DNA of 64,000 nucleotides from Bacteroidia bacterium (GCA_033763015.1 JANRLA010000131.1:19601-83600); one strand, 5' to 3'; positions 9,679-19,614 are shown, counted from the first letter of the stretch. Numbers and translations: made by a program. Notes: generated by a model not told the origin, from the sequence alone.

Positions 9679-12204
9679 TTAGGCCACGGGGGTAGCGGGC
9701 AAACGGGGGTTCGTGGCTTCGGGGGCGGGGGGTTGCAGCAGCAAGCGGGGGTCTTCGGTGGGCTTAGGCTCGAGGGCCAGCTTGAGCACCGTGGCCAGGT
9801 CGTCTACGTAACTGAAGAGCAGGCCCTCGGTGTGGGATTCGCCAATTTCTTCTACATCGCGCCGGTTGGCTTTCGAGAGCACAATGTGGTTCATGCCCGC
9901 CCGCGCGGCGGCCAGCACTTTCTCTTTAATGCCGCCCACGGGCAGCACTTTGCCCCTAAGGGTAAGCTCGCCGGTCATTGCCAGGTGGGCTTTTACGCGC
10001 CGACGGCTGAACAGCGAGGTAAGCGCGGTAAGCAGGGTAATGCCCGCCGAAGGGCCGTCTTTGGGGATGGCCCCCGCCGGGATGTGCACGTGCACATCCC
10101 ACCCATCGAACACCTCTTTGGGGATGCCGTAGTGCCCTGCGTGGGCCTTGAGGTAGGTGTAGGCAAGGTTGGCGCTTTCTTTCATGACATCGCCGAGTTG
10201 GCCGGTGAGCTGCAGCCGACCCTTGCCCGGTACAAGCGCCGATTCGATGAACAGGATCTCGCCACCGACCGCCGTCCAGGCCAGGCCTACGGCCACACCG
10301 GGGTTGGGTGCCTGCTGGTAGAGTTCGTTTTCAAAGCGCGGGGCCCCCAGGTAGGTGCGCAGCCGCTTGTCGGTAAAGGCTTTGCTCACCTTCTCGCCGC
10401 TTTCTTGGCCGCGGACCACGTCGCGGGCCACGCCCCGGGCCAGCTTGGCAAGCTGTTGGCTCAGCAGCCGCACGCCGCTCTCGCGGGTGTAGTCGTCGAT
10501 AATGGTGCCGATGAGGGGTTCGGTGAGCTTCAGCTGGCTGGGCTTCAGCCCGTTCTCGGCCACGACTTTGGGCAAGAGGTGCCGTGCCGCGATCTGGATC
10601 TTCTCGGGGCGTGTGTAGCCCGATACTTCAATGATCTCCATCCGGTCGCGCAGGGCCGGGTGCAGCGTTTCTAGGGTGTTGGCGGTGGCGATAAACAGGA
10701 CGGGCGAGAGGTCGTAGTCCAGCTCTAGGTAGTGGTCGTTGAAGGTGTGGTTTTGCTCGGGGTCTAAGACCTCGAGCAGGGCCGCGGCGGGGTCGCCGCG
10801 CCAGTCGCCGCCCACTTTGTCTACCTCATCGAGCAAAAACACCGGGTTGCCCGTACCGGCCTTTTTGAGCCCCTGCAGGATGCGCCCGGGCATGGAGCCG
10901 ATGTACGTGCGGCGGTGCCCACGGATTTCGGCCTCGTCGCGCAGGCCCCCCAGCGACATGCGCACGAATTGCCGCCCCAGCGACGTGGCAACGCTCTTGC
11001 CCAGGCTGGTCTTACCCACCCCTGGCGGGCCCACCAAGCACAAAATGGGGGCTTTGCTCAGGTGGTGGCCGTCGGCCTGCGACTTAAGCTTCAGTACGGC
11101 CAGGTACTCCAGAATACGGGCCTTGACTTTCTCTAGGCCCCAGTGCTGCTCCTCGAGGACGGCCTCGGCGTAGGCCAGGTCGAGCCGGTCTTCGGTGGTG
11201 TGCTGCCAGGGCAGGTCTAGCATCCACTCGAGGTAGTTTTGCGATACGCCGTACTCGGGGCTGGCGGGGTTGAGCCGGGCCAGCTTACGCTTTTCTTTTT
11301 CGAAGGCCTCTTGGGCGTAGGCAGGCCACTGTTTGTCTTTGGCGCGTGCGTCGAGCTCGGTCAGGTCTTCCTCCCAGCTGGGGTCGCCGAGTTCGTCCTG
11401 GATGGCCTTGATCTGCTGGCGCAGGATGAAGTCGCGCTGCTGCTTGTCGAGGTCGGTGCGGACTTTGTTCTGGATTTCCTCGCTCAGCTCGAGCACCTGC
11501 AGTTCGGCCGCCATGTGCTCGAGCACCCGCTTAGCGCGCACCATGAGCTTGGGCGCTTCGAGGATGGCCTGCTTGTCGGTAACCGATACGTTCAGGTTGG
11601 CGGCAATGAAGTTGACCAGAAAACCGAGTGAACCGATGTTCTGGAGCGTGATGTTGGCCTCGGAGGGGATCTTGGGGCTAAGCTCGATGATGCGCGCGGC
11701 CTCCTGCTTCAGGCTCAGCATCATGGCCTTGGCCTCTTCGCGAGCGGGCTGTTTGTCTTTGATGGCCGATACGCGGGCCTTGAAGTAGGGCTCGGTTTGG
11801 CTGAACTCGCCGGTGCGGAAGCGCTGGCGGCCCTGGATGACGATGGTGACCGACCCATCGGGCATGCGGATGAGCCGCAGGATGACGGCCGTGGTGCCGA
11901 CCTCGTACAGGTCGGCAGGCCCCGGGTCTTCGACCGAGCTATCGCGCTGTGCCACCACACCAATGCGCTTGTCGCCCGATTTATACGCCTCTTTCACGAG
12001 CTGGATCGAACGGTCGCGGGCCACGGTAACCGGCGTAACGACCCCCGGAAACAGCACCGTGTTGCGCACCGAAAGGATGGGGAGCACCTCGGGCAGGGGT
12101 TCTTTCTCGAAACGGTCTTCGGCCCCTTCGATCAGGTCCTGGATCTCCGCCTCAAACGCGCCTTCCTCGGCCCCTGCGAGCGGTAAACGGTTGTTCCAAT
12201 CCAT
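9679..12204 (-). CDS. lon: ATP-dependent Lon protease (LonA)
   Basis: LON N-terminal domain, Walker A motif GPPGVGKTS and the protease serine motif [11 protein letters not shown]. 841 aa. Confidence 0.95.
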   Translation of the reverse strand: MDWNNRLPLAGAEEGAFEAEIQDLIEGAEDRFEKEPLPEVLPILSVRNTVLFPGVVTPVTVARDRSIQLVKEAYKSGDKRIGVVAQRDSSVEDPGPADLYEVGTTAVILRLIRMPDGSVTIVIQGRQRFRTGEFSQTEPYFKARVSAIKDKQPAREEAKAMMLSLKQEAARIIELSPKIPSEANITLQNIGSLGFLVNFIAANLNVSVTDKQAILEAPKLMVRAKRVLEHMAAELQVLELSEEIQNKVRTDLDKQQRDFILRQQIKAIQDELGDPSWEEDLTELDARAKDKQWPAYAQEAFEKEKRKLARLNPASPEYGVSQNYLEWMLDLPWQHTTEDRLDLAYAEAVLEEQHWGLEKVKARILEYLAVLKLKSQADGHHLSKAPILCLVGPPGVGKTSLGKSVATSLGRQFVRMSLGGLRDEAEIRGHRRTYIGSMPGRILQGLKKAGTGNPVFLLDEVDKVGGDWRGDPAAALLEVLDPEQNHTFNDHYLELDYDLSPVLFIATANTLETLHPALRDRMEIIEVSGYTRPEKIQIAARHLLPKVVAENGLKPSQLKLTEPLIGTIIDDYTRESGVRLLSQQLAKLARGVARDVVRGQESGEKVSKAFTDKRLRTYLGAPRFENELYQQAPNPGVAVGLAWTAVGGEILFIESALVPGKGRLQLTGQLGDVMKESANLAYTYLKAHAGHYGIPKEVFDGWDVHVHIPAGAIPKDGPSAGITLLTALTSLFSRRRVKAHLAMTGELTLRGKVLPVGGIKEKVLAAARAGMNHIVLSKANRRDVEEIGESHTEGLLFSYVDDLATVLKLALEPKPTEDPRLLLQPPAPEATNPRLPATPVA

Positions 12205-12252
12205 TGCGCACTACTCCCTGCGAAATCAGGGAAACTACCCAGACGAAACCAG

Positions 12253-12283
12253 TGCCAAGGCTGGCCGCTCTGCCAGCTTGGCA
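12253..12283. promoter_or_regulatory. 12-bp imperfect hairpin / inverted repeat in the lon-qor divergent region
   Basis: TGCCAAGGCTGGC (12253-12265) pairs with GCCAGCTTGGCA (12272-12283), leaving one bulged G and a 6-nt loop. It overlaps a 16-nt motif that recurs at 16735-16750. Confidence 0.3.
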
Positions 12284-12318
12284 GGCTGCCGTAGCCCACA
12301 AACCCGTAGTTTGGCCCC

Positions 12319-13335
12319 ATGCCACACCCCGCCATCGTCCTGACCGAAGGTTCGCCGTACGCCCTGAGCTACACCGAGGTAGCACTGCCCGCCCTCGCCC
12401 CCGGCGAGGTGACGCTACAGGTGGCCTACGCCGCCCTGAACCGCCGCGACGAATGGATACGCCAGGGCAAGTACCCCGGCATTGTACCCGGCACGGTGCT
12501 GGGCAGCGACGGCGCAGGCACTGTTACCGCCCTGGGGCCGGGCGTAGACCCCAGCTGGCTTGGCCGCCAGGTTCTCGTGAACCCCAACCTGGGCTGGGGG
12601 CCAGACCCCCGCGCCCAGGCCAAGGGCTATACCATCTTGGGCATGCCCCGCTGGGGGACTCTGCAACAGCTGCTCAACGTGCCCACCGACCGGCTGCACC
12701 CCATCCCCGCACACCTCAGCCTGGCCCAGGCGGCCGCGCTGCCCCTTGCGGGCATGACGGCCTACCGCGCCACGCGGGTAAAGGGCGAGGTGGGGCCCGG
12801 CCAGCGCGTGCTGGTAACGGGCGTAGGCGGCGGGGTGGCCCTACTGGCGGCGCAGATCGCCCAGGCTGCAGGCGCCCAGCTGTGGGTAACCACCGGTGGG
12901 GCCGACAAGGTGGCCGCCATACAGGCCCTAGGCTTTGCCCAGGTGATCGACTACCGAGAGCCCGACTGGGCCAAACAGACGCTACTGGCCACCGGTGGCT
13001 TCGATGTGGTCATTGACAGCGCGATGGGCCCCACCGCCAACACCCTCATCGACCTTACCCGGCCCGGGGGCCGCATCATCTTCTACGGTGCAACGCTGGG
13101 CCGCCCCGCCGAGCTCAACGTGCACAAACTGTTCTGGAACCAGGTGCGGCTGGAGGGCAGCACCATGGCCTCTGACGACGACTTTGCCGCCTTGTTGGGC
13201 TTCGTCGCCGAGCACCGCATCACGCCGCAGGTGCACAGCCTAACGCCTTTGGCCCACGCCGAAGCGGCGTTCGACCTTTTGAAGGCCGGTGGCCAGGTCG
13301 GCAAGCTCGTCATCGAGGTTACCGGCGCGGGCTAG
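12319..13335 (+). CDS. zinc-type alcohol dehydrogenase / quinone oxidoreductase family (MDR) protein
   Basis: 338 aa with a GroES-like N-terminal domain and a Rossmann VLVTGVGGGVALLAAQIA motif. C-terminal GKLVIEV. Confidence 0.75.
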   Translation: MPHPAIVLTEGSPYALSYTEVALPALAPGEVTLQVAYAALNRRDEWIRQGKYPGIVPGTVLGSDGAGTVTALGPGVDPSWLGRQVLVNPNLGWGPDPRAQAKGYTILGMPRWGTLQQLLNVPTDRLHPIPAHLSLAQAAALPLAGMTAYRATRVKGEVGPGQRVLVTGVGGGVALLAAQIAQAAGAQLWVTTGGADKVAAIQALGFAQVIDYREPDWAKQTLLATGGFDVVIDSAMGPTANTLIDLTRPGGRIIFYGATLGRPAELNVHKLFWNQVRLEGSTMASDDDFAALLGFVAEHRITPQVHSLTPLAHAEAAFDLLKAGGQVGKLVIEVTGAG

Positions 13336-13343
13336 TCGGCTAC

Positions 13344-16300
13344 CTACTTCTTCTTCCGTTCGTTGGCGCGGCGCTCGCGGCGGCTGAGCTTACGCTCACC
13401 GCCATCGGGCGTACCGACACTGACGGGTGTGCGCCGGGCGGGGGCTTCGCCACCGTGTTGGCTCTTGAGCTTCGAGAAGTCGTCGCGGCGGGGCGGCGGG
13501 GCGGGGCGCTGGGCGGCATCGGGCCGCTCTACCTCGGCGCGGTAGAGCACCGAGAGCACCTCGCCGTTGAGCTCGGCGAGCATGGCCTGGAAGAGTTCGA
13601 AGGCCTCGAACTTGTACACCAATAGTGGGTCTTTCTGCTCCAGGTAAGCCGTCTGCACGTTCTGCTTGAGCTCGTCCATGGCCCTGAGGTGCTCCTTCCA
13701 GTTCTCGTCGATAACCCCGAGGGTGACAGTTTTTTCAAACTGGTCTACCAGCGAGCGGCCCTCGGTGCGCAGCAGCTCTTCCATGTCGAGCAGCAGCCGA
13801 ACCCCACGGGTACCCTCGGTCATGGGCACCTCAATGAGGGTATACTGCGGGTTTTGGGCCCGGATGCGGCGCACTTCGGCGAGCAGGTTCTCGGTCAGGT
13901 GGCGCAGCTTGTGGCGGTAGCGCTCGTGGGCGGCATGGGCAATCTGGGCTGCCAGATCGGCAGGCTTGAGGCCCGAAAGCTCGGCGTCGGAGAGCTCGGG
14001 GTCGATGGCCAGGGTACGGATGCAGTCGAGGCGCAAGGCCTCGGTGTCGGCGTCGGCGGCGAAGCGTTCCGCCACGGTGGTGGCAAAGTCGTTGCGCATG
14101 TTGCGCAGATCGAGCTGAAGCCGGTCGCCAAACAGGGCGTTGCGGCGGCGCTTGTAGATGGCTTCGCGCTGGGCGTTCATCACATCGTCGTACTCCAGCA
14201 GCCGCTTGCGGGTACCAAAGTGGTTTTCCTCGACCTTCTTCTGGGCGTTCGAGATCGAGCGGGTGATGAGCCGGTCTTGGATGACCTCGCCTTCTTTGAT
14301 CTTGAGCCAGTCCATAACCTTGGCGATGCGCTCTGAGTTGAACAGGCGCATGAGGTCGTCTTCCAGGCTCACGAAAAACGTACTGCTGCCGGGGTCGCCC
14401 TGCCGACCGGCCCGGCCGCGCAGCTGGCGGTCGATCCGGCGGCTCTCGTGCCGCTCAGAGCCAATGATGGCCAGGCCACCGGCTTCTTTTACCCCCGGGC
14501 CCAGCTTGATGTCGGTACCCCGGCCGGCCATGTTGGTCGCGATGGTGACCGCACCAGCCTTGCCAGCCTCGGCTACGATCTCGGCCTCCCGTTCGTGGTA
14601 CTTGGCGTTGAGGACGTTGTGGTTGATTTTGCGCAGCCGCAGCATCTTGCTGATGAGCTCTGAGGTATCGACCGAGGTAGTGCCCACCAGTACGGGCCGA
14701 CCGGCCTCGGTGAGCTTCACAATCTCGTCGATGATGGCGTTGTACTTCTCGCGCTTGGTTTTGTACACCAGGTCGTCGGCGTCTTGCCGCACCACCGGGC
14801 GATTGGTCGGCACCACCACCACGTCGAGCTTGTAGATCTGCCAGAACTCGCCCGCTTCGGTTTCGGCCGTGCCGGTCATACCGGCCAGCTTGTGGTACAT
14901 GCGGAAATAGTTCTGCAGCGTAATGGTGGCGAAGGTTTGGGTGGCCGCCTCTACGCGCACGTTTTCTTTGGCCTCGATGGCCTGGTGCAGCCCGTCGGAG
15001 TACCGGCGCCCGGCGAGCACCCGGCCTGTGTTCTCGTCGACGATCATGACCTTGCCGTCCTGCACGATGTACTCCACGTCGCGCTCGAAGAGGGTGTAGG
15101 CCTTGAGCAGCTGCGTGAGGTTGTGCAGGCGCTCGGATTTGTCGGCGAACTCGCGGGTAATTTTCTCTTTCGCCAGCAGCTTCGCGTCGCTGTCTAGGTC
15201 GGTACGCTGGTCGATGGCGTAGAGCTCCTGGCCCAGGTCGGGCAGTACCCACAGGTTGGGGTCTTCGGCGGGGTCGGTCAGGGCTTCGCGGCCCTTGTCG
15301 GTGAGCTCGATCTGGTTGTTCTTCTCGTCGATGGTGAAGTAGAGCTCCTGGTCTACCTTCCACATGTTCTTGCTCTGGTCTTGCATGTAGAAGGCCTCGG
15401 TCTTCTGGAGCTGTACCCGCATACCCTCTTCGGAGAGGAACTTGATGAGCGGCCCGTACTTGGGCAGGCCCCGGTGGGCACGCAGCAGGGCCATGCCGCC
15501 GGATTCGCGGCTCTCTTTGTCGTCTTTGGCCAGGTCGCGGCGGGCGGCGGTGAGGCACTCGTTGGCGTAGCGGCGCTGGAGGTTCACCACGCGCTCGACG
15601 CGGGGCTTGAGACGCACAAACTCTTCGCGGTCGCGGTCGCCTTGGGGCACGGGGCCCGAGATGATGAGCGGGGTACGGGCCTCGTCGATGAGTACCGAAT
15701 CAACCTCATCGACAATGGCGAAGTGGTGGGCACGCTGCACCAGGTGATCGGGGTGGGTTACCATGTTGTCGCGTAGGTAGTCGAACCCGAATTCGTTGTT
15801 CGTACCGTAGGTGATGTCGGAGAGGTAGGCCTGCCGGCGGTCTTCGGTATTGGGCTGGTGCAGGTCGATGCAGTCTACCCGAAGGCCGTGGAAGGCGAAA
15901 ATGGGCCCGTTCCACTCGGCGTCGCGGGTGGCCAGGTAGTCGTTCACCGTCACCATGTGCACACCCCGGCCGGCCAGGGCATTAAGGTACACGGGCAGGG
16001 TAGAGACTAGGGTCTTACCCTCGCCGGTGGCCATTTCGGCGATACGGCCCTCGTGGAGCACGATACCCCCCAACAGCTGCACGTCGTAGTGGACCATGTT
16101 CCAGGTAAGGGGGTTGCCCTTTACCTCCCAGGTGGCATCCCAGACGGCGGTCGTGCCATCGATGGTGACGTGGGGGTGGGTTTCGGCGTAGGTACGGTCC
16201 CAGTCGGTGGCCGCGACGACCAGTTTGCCGTTCAGCGACAGGCGGCGGCAGGTTTCGCGTACCACGGCAAAAGCCTCGGGCAGCAACTCGGCCAGTACCT

Positions 16301-16607
16301 TTTCAAGGGCTTGGTTGCGTTCGACCTTCAGGCTGTCGAGGCGGGCGAAAATGGCCTCCTGGCCCTCGACTTCGCCCTCGGCCCTCAGGGCTTCGAGTGC
16401 CGCGTGCTGCTCGGCTTCGGCGCTGTCAAACTCTGCCAGGCGCTCGGCAATCGTGGCCTGAAAGCTGGCGGTTTTGCCCCGCAGCTGGTCATCGGTCAAG
16501 CCTTTGAGCTGAGCCTCTGCGGCGTGTATAGCGGCCAGCCTGGGCTGGAGCAGCGCGATGTCTTTATCTTTTTTGGGCTTGAAGAGCTTACCCAGCAGGT
16601 GTAGCAT
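13344..16607 (-). CDS. secA: preprotein translocase ATPase SecA (1087 aa)
   Basis: MATGEGKTLV Walker A, DEVDSVLIDEARTPLIISG, and TNMAGRGTDIKLG. ATG 16607 (MLHLLGKLF...) fits SecA N-termini. The 134-codon upstream extension in the ORF track is Arg/Pro/Ala-rich and was rejected. Confidence 0.95.
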   Translation of the reverse strand: MLHLLGKLFKPKKDKDIALLQPRLAAIHAAEAQLKGLTDDQLRGKTASFQATIAERLAEFDSAEAEQHAALEALRAEGEVEGQEAIFARLDSLKVERNQALEKVLAELLPEAFAVVRETCRRLSLNGKLVVAATDWDRTYAETHPHVTIDGTTAVWDATWEVKGNPLTWNMVHYDVQLLGGIVLHEGRIAEMATGEGKTLVSTLPVYLNALAGRGVHMVTVNDYLATRDAEWNGPIFAFHGLRVDCIDLHQPNTEDRRQAYLSDITYGTNNEFGFDYLRDNMVTHPDHLVQRAHHFAIVDEVDSVLIDEARTPLIISGPVPQGDRDREEFVRLKPRVERVVNLQRRYANECLTAARRDLAKDDKESRESGGMALLRAHRGLPKYGPLIKFLSEEGMRVQLQKTEAFYMQDQSKNMWKVDQELYFTIDEKNNQIELTDKGREALTDPAEDPNLWVLPDLGQELYAIDQRTDLDSDAKLLAKEKITREFADKSERLHNLTQLLKAYTLFERDVEYIVQDGKVMIVDENTGRVLAGRRYSDGLHQAIEAKENVRVEAATQTFATITLQNYFRMYHKLAGMTGTAETEAGEFWQIYKLDVVVVPTNRPVVRQDADDLVYKTKREKYNAIIDEIVKLTEAGRPVLVGTTSVDTSELISKMLRLRKINHNVLNAKYHEREAEIVAEAGKAGAVTIATNMAGRGTDIKLGPGVKEAGGLAIIGSERHESRRIDRQLRGRAGRQGDPGSSTFFVSLEDDLMRLFNSERIAKVMDWLKIKEGEVIQDRLITRSISNAQKKVEENHFGTRKRLLEYDDVMNAQREAIYKRRRNALFGDRLQLDLRNMRNDFATTVAERFAADADTEALRLDCIRTLAIDPELSDAELSGLKPADLAAQIAHAAHERYRHKLRHLTENLLAEVRRIRAQNPQYTLIEVPMTEGTRGVRLLLDMEELLRTEGRSLVDQFEKTVTLGVIDENWKEHLRAMDELKQNVQTAYLEQKDPLLVYKFEAFELFQAMLAELNGEVLSVLYRAEVERPDAAQRPAPPPRRDDFSKLKSQHGGEAPARRTPVSVGTPDGGERKLSRRERRANERKKK

Positions 16608-16797
16608 CCGAGGAGTGAAATCGTGAGTGGTGGGGTGTTGCGCCAGCCATGCTTGTAGGCGACGCACGACCCGGGGCGCAAAATTACGCCTTAGCCGCCG
16701 CAAAAGACTTACCAAGGCGCGCAGGCCCCGGCGTTCTGCCAGCTTGGCAGCCCTAGGTTGGGTGCCCTGGGGCGCCAACCCAGGGCGCGAACCCCTG

Positions 16798-16805
16798 TAC
16801 CTTTG
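16798..16805 (+). promoter_or_regulatory. Bacteroidota-type -7 promoter box (TACCTTTG) 4 nt upstream of the kinase ATG
   Basis: Perfect match to TAnnTTTG. Only CACC separates it from ATG 16810. Confidence 0.5.
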
Positions 16806-16809
16806 CACC

Positions 16810-18936
16810 ATGCGTACAGGGCAGCGGTGTGTAGCGGCCATGGTGTACCTGGTCATCGGTTGGGGGGCTACGCCTGCCCTCAGGGCGCAAACGGCCCCAA
16901 ACCAGACTTGGCCAGCGGCAAAGGCCGCCCGTGAGGCCACACTGCTGGTGTACGCGCTGGAAGAACCCCCGTTTGTGCACTTTGAGGGCCCCGACAGCGC
17001 CACGGGCATCGAGCCCGACCTGCTGCGGGCCTTTGTTGATTACGCCCGGGCCGTACACGGGGTACGGCTTCGGCTGCAGTTCGTTCGTCTAAACGACTTT
17101 CAGGAGATCTTCCGCGAACTCGACCGGGGCCTTGCGGGCGCCATTGCCATCGGCAACATCTCAATCCTGGAAAGCCGCGCCCGGCGCTTTGACTACACCC
17201 AACCCTACCTGCCCGATGTAGAGCTACTGGTAAGCTCGAACGACGTCCCGCTGGTGCCACCCGGCAGTGAGCATCTGTACAAAGAAGTTTTTGCCGGCTG
17301 TACGGCCCTCACAGGCCCTGGCTCTACCACCCTTGAAAATTTCGAGTGGCTCAAACGGGAGTACCTGCCCGATTTGGTAATTGACACCGCCTACAGCGAT
17401 GTAGAAAAGAAGGTGCGTGCCTTGGGTACGCGCAAAAAGTCGCTGGCCTACCTATCGCTCGTCACGTACCTGCACCTACTGCCACAGCTGCCCGAGTTAC
17501 GCCGACGAAGGCTGTTTTCGGCCACCCGCGAAGGGTTAGCGCTACTGCTACCCGAGGGCAGCACCTGGCGGGCGCCTATTGATGACTTCCTCGACTACTA
17601 CAAACGTACCGGCCGATTGAAAGACCTTCTGATTGAACAGTTGGGCCCCGAAGCCGAGCAGGTGCTAAACGATTATGCCAACGACACCCTGCAGGCCGAA
17701 GGAAAAGACCTGCTGCTTACCTACCGCGAGAAAAAGGCCATGGAGGCCTCGCTGGAAGTAACCCGCGAGCGGGCCGCGCGGCAACGCTTGGTGCTCTGGG
17801 GCCTAGCCCTCATTTCGCTGATCGTAGTAGCCTTTGGGGTCGTGTTGCTCCGGCAGGCCCGGTTCCGGAAGCGGGTCAACCGCCAGCTCCTGAACCAGAA
17901 CGAGGAGCTGGAAGCCCAACGCCGACAGCTCTCAGAAACCCTGGAAGAGCTGCGTGCTACCCAGGACGAGCTGGTGCGCGCCGAAAAACTGAGCGTCATG
18001 GGCGAGTTGGTGGCCAACGTGGCGCACCAACTCAATTCGCCCATTGGGGCCCTGCGCTCAAGCGTCAGCTACGTACAGCAGCAACTGCCGCACACCTTCG
18101 AGGCGCTCTACAACCAGGGCCAGCAGGTGCCCCCAGCGCACAAACTGTTGTTCCTAAAGCTACTGGAAGCAAAGGCAGACCAACGTAACGCGTACAACCG
18201 GATGACCACCCGCGAGCGTAGGGCCGCCCGGCAGGCGCTGGCCAAGACCCTACCCGAGCGCCTGCAACCTGAGGCGGCTATCGTGACCGATGCGCTGCTG
18301 GAAATTGGGGTCTTCGACCATGCCGAGGTGCCCGAAGAACTTCAGGGTAACTACCGTGACACCTGGCGCGTGTTTGCGCAGGTAGGGCGGCTCCTGGCAA
18401 GCGCCCACAACGTAAGTGTGGCTACCGAGCGCACAAGCCGGTTTGTACAGCTACTGCGGTTTTACGTGGCCAGTGCCCCACCCACCGAGGCCGAAGCCGC
18501 CGATACGGTACAAACCCTCGAGCGGCTCTTCGGCGAGTATGCAGTTTCGTTCTCCGGCGGTGTGCAATTGGTGCGCGACTACGGGGGGCACCCCATCGTG
18601 GGCCTGGCCCCCGATTGGCTGGAGGTCGTGCTGCGCCAGCCCCTCATCAATGCCATCCAGGCACTGCAGGGCCGGGGGACCCTACGGGTAGCCGTGAGCC
18701 AGATCGGCGGTTTTGGGGTCGTCGCGTACCACGACACGGGGCCTGGGATAGCGCCCGAGCTGCTACCCAAGCTCTTCGAGCCCTTCACGACCACCAAAGC
18801 GGGCGGCGAAGGCTTGGGCCTGGGGCTGTACCTCGTAAAGCGTACCCTGACGCACATCGGGGGTTCGGTTGACCTCGAAAGCACCGAGGGCACAGGCACA
18901 ACGGTAACGCTGCACATCCCACTCTACAGGCCCTAG
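16810..18936 (+). CDS. sensor histidine kinase with periplasmic solute-binding (SBP_bac_3-like) domain; orphan
   Basis: Signal/TM segment, then an amino-acid-binding-protein-like domain (GIEPDLLRAFVDYA...FDYTQPYL) and a second TM helix. A coiled coil follows, then H-box NVAHQLNSPIGAL, N-box PLINAIQAL, and G-boxes DTGPGI and GGEGLGLGL. Confidence 0.85.
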   Translation: MRTGQRCVAAMVYLVIGWGATPALRAQTAPNQTWPAAKAAREATLLVYALEEPPFVHFEGPDSATGIEPDLLRAFVDYARAVHGVRLRLQFVRLNDFQEIFRELDRGLAGAIAIGNISILESRARRFDYTQPYLPDVELLVSSNDVPLVPPGSEHLYKEVFAGCTALTGPGSTTLENFEWLKREYLPDLVIDTAYSDVEKKVRALGTRKKSLAYLSLVTYLHLLPQLPELRRRRLFSATREGLALLLPEGSTWRAPIDDFLDYYKRTGRLKDLLIEQLGPEAEQVLNDYANDTLQAEGKDLLLTYREKKAMEASLEVTRERAARQRLVLWGLALISLIVVAFGVVLLRQARFRKRVNRQLLNQNEELEAQRRQLSETLEELRATQDELVRAEKLSVMGELVANVAHQLNSPIGALRSSVSYVQQQLPHTFEALYNQGQQVPPAHKLLFLKLLEAKADQRNAYNRMTTRERRAARQALAKTLPERLQPEAAIVTDALLEIGVFDHAEVPEELQGNYRDTWRVFAQVGRLLASAHNVSVATERTSRFVQLLRFYVASAPPTEAEAADTVQTLERLFGEYAVSFSGGVQLVRDYGGHPIVGLAPDWLEVVLRQPLINAIQALQGRGTLRVAVSQIGGFGVVAYHDTGPGIAPELLPKLFEPFTTTKAGGEGLGLGLYLVKRTLTHIGGSVDLESTEGTGTTVTLHIPLYRP

Positions 18937-18945
18937 AAGCGCGGG

Positions 18946-19491
18946 TTACTCAAACCGGTACACCAGCCCCAGGTGGAGCGGCAGTAGCGTCTGGGGGCCT
19001 TCTTCGGCGGGCAGGTAGAGGTAGCGGGCGCTGAGGTCTACGAACAGGCCCTTGGCCACAGGTAGGTACACGCCCACGCCACCGCCCAGCCCGATGTCGC
19101 TCCGGGTTTGGGTAGTAGCCGAGCCGCCTTCGGGGGCGCTGGTTTCGAGCTGGGTCTGGTAGTAGCCCAGGCTGGCGTTCAGGTAGGGCTCTACGGCATA
19201 GCCCAGCTTGGGGGCCCATTCGGCCAGTGCCTCCAGCGGGTAGATGCGGTAGGTGGGTGCGGGCGCAGCTGGGGTGTAGTCGTACACCGCAGCGTTAAGC
19301 CCCAGCCGGAACTGGCCCAAAAACCGGTACCGGAACGCAGCCCCGCCCCCCAGGCCGGTCTGGGCGGCCAGGTTGCCGTTCGAGCTCTGCAGCGGCACCG
19401 CGGCACCGTATACGCCCAACTCTACCTGCGCAGGGCAGGTAAGTACAAGCGAAAGAAAACAACTGGCGACCAGGTATCGAGGGTTACGCAT
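18946..19491 (-). CDS. small outer-membrane beta-barrel protein
   Basis: Signal peptide, alternating Gly/aromatic beta-strand pattern, and a C-terminal LGLVYRFE ending in an aromatic residue near the terminus. Confidence 0.6.
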   Translation of the reverse strand: MRNPRYLVASCFLSLVLTCPAQVELGVYGAAVPLQSSNGNLAAQTGLGGGAAFRYRFLGQFRLGLNAAVYDYTPAAPAPTYRIYPLEALAEWAPKLGYAVEPYLNASLGYYQTQLETSAPEGGSATTQTRSDIGLGGGVGVYLPVAKGLFVDLSARYLYLPAEEGPQTLLPLHLGLVYRFE

Positions 19492-19614
19492 GCCCCGAGA
19501 ACGGCGGCACCACCGGTTGGGGTACAGCTACAAAACCAACAGGCGATAACCCGCCCAGGGGGTGCTATCTTGGCACTGCCAACATCAACCTCAACATCGC
19601 AGCTTCTACGCCCC

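Noticed and set aside
12269-12284. Possible sigma-54 promoter (TGGCA element) in the shared 16-nt motif
   Set aside because: Neither copy has a TTGC(A/T) -12 element at the required 5-nt spacing after TGGCAG.
12204-13016. 270-codon Arg/Pro-rich ORF overlapping the qor-like gene, and the 367-codon ORF 14455-15558 inside secA
   Set aside because: These are alternative frames of real genes. Their extreme Arg/Pro/Gly content is what off-frame translation of GC3-rich codons produces.
16608-17009. N-terminal extensions in the ORF track for secA, the kinase (16627), the zinc-ribbon gene (19108), tolC (21914), gldJ (to 27973), aroE (27869), recR (28617), the discoidin gene (33130), hppD (35326), the M14 peptidase (37436) and the M1 peptidase (51786)
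   Set aside because: The extensions overlap neighbouring genes or intergenic promoters and have non-protein-like composition. Internal ATG/GTG starts give canonical N-termini or signal peptides, several of them directly behind -7 boxes.
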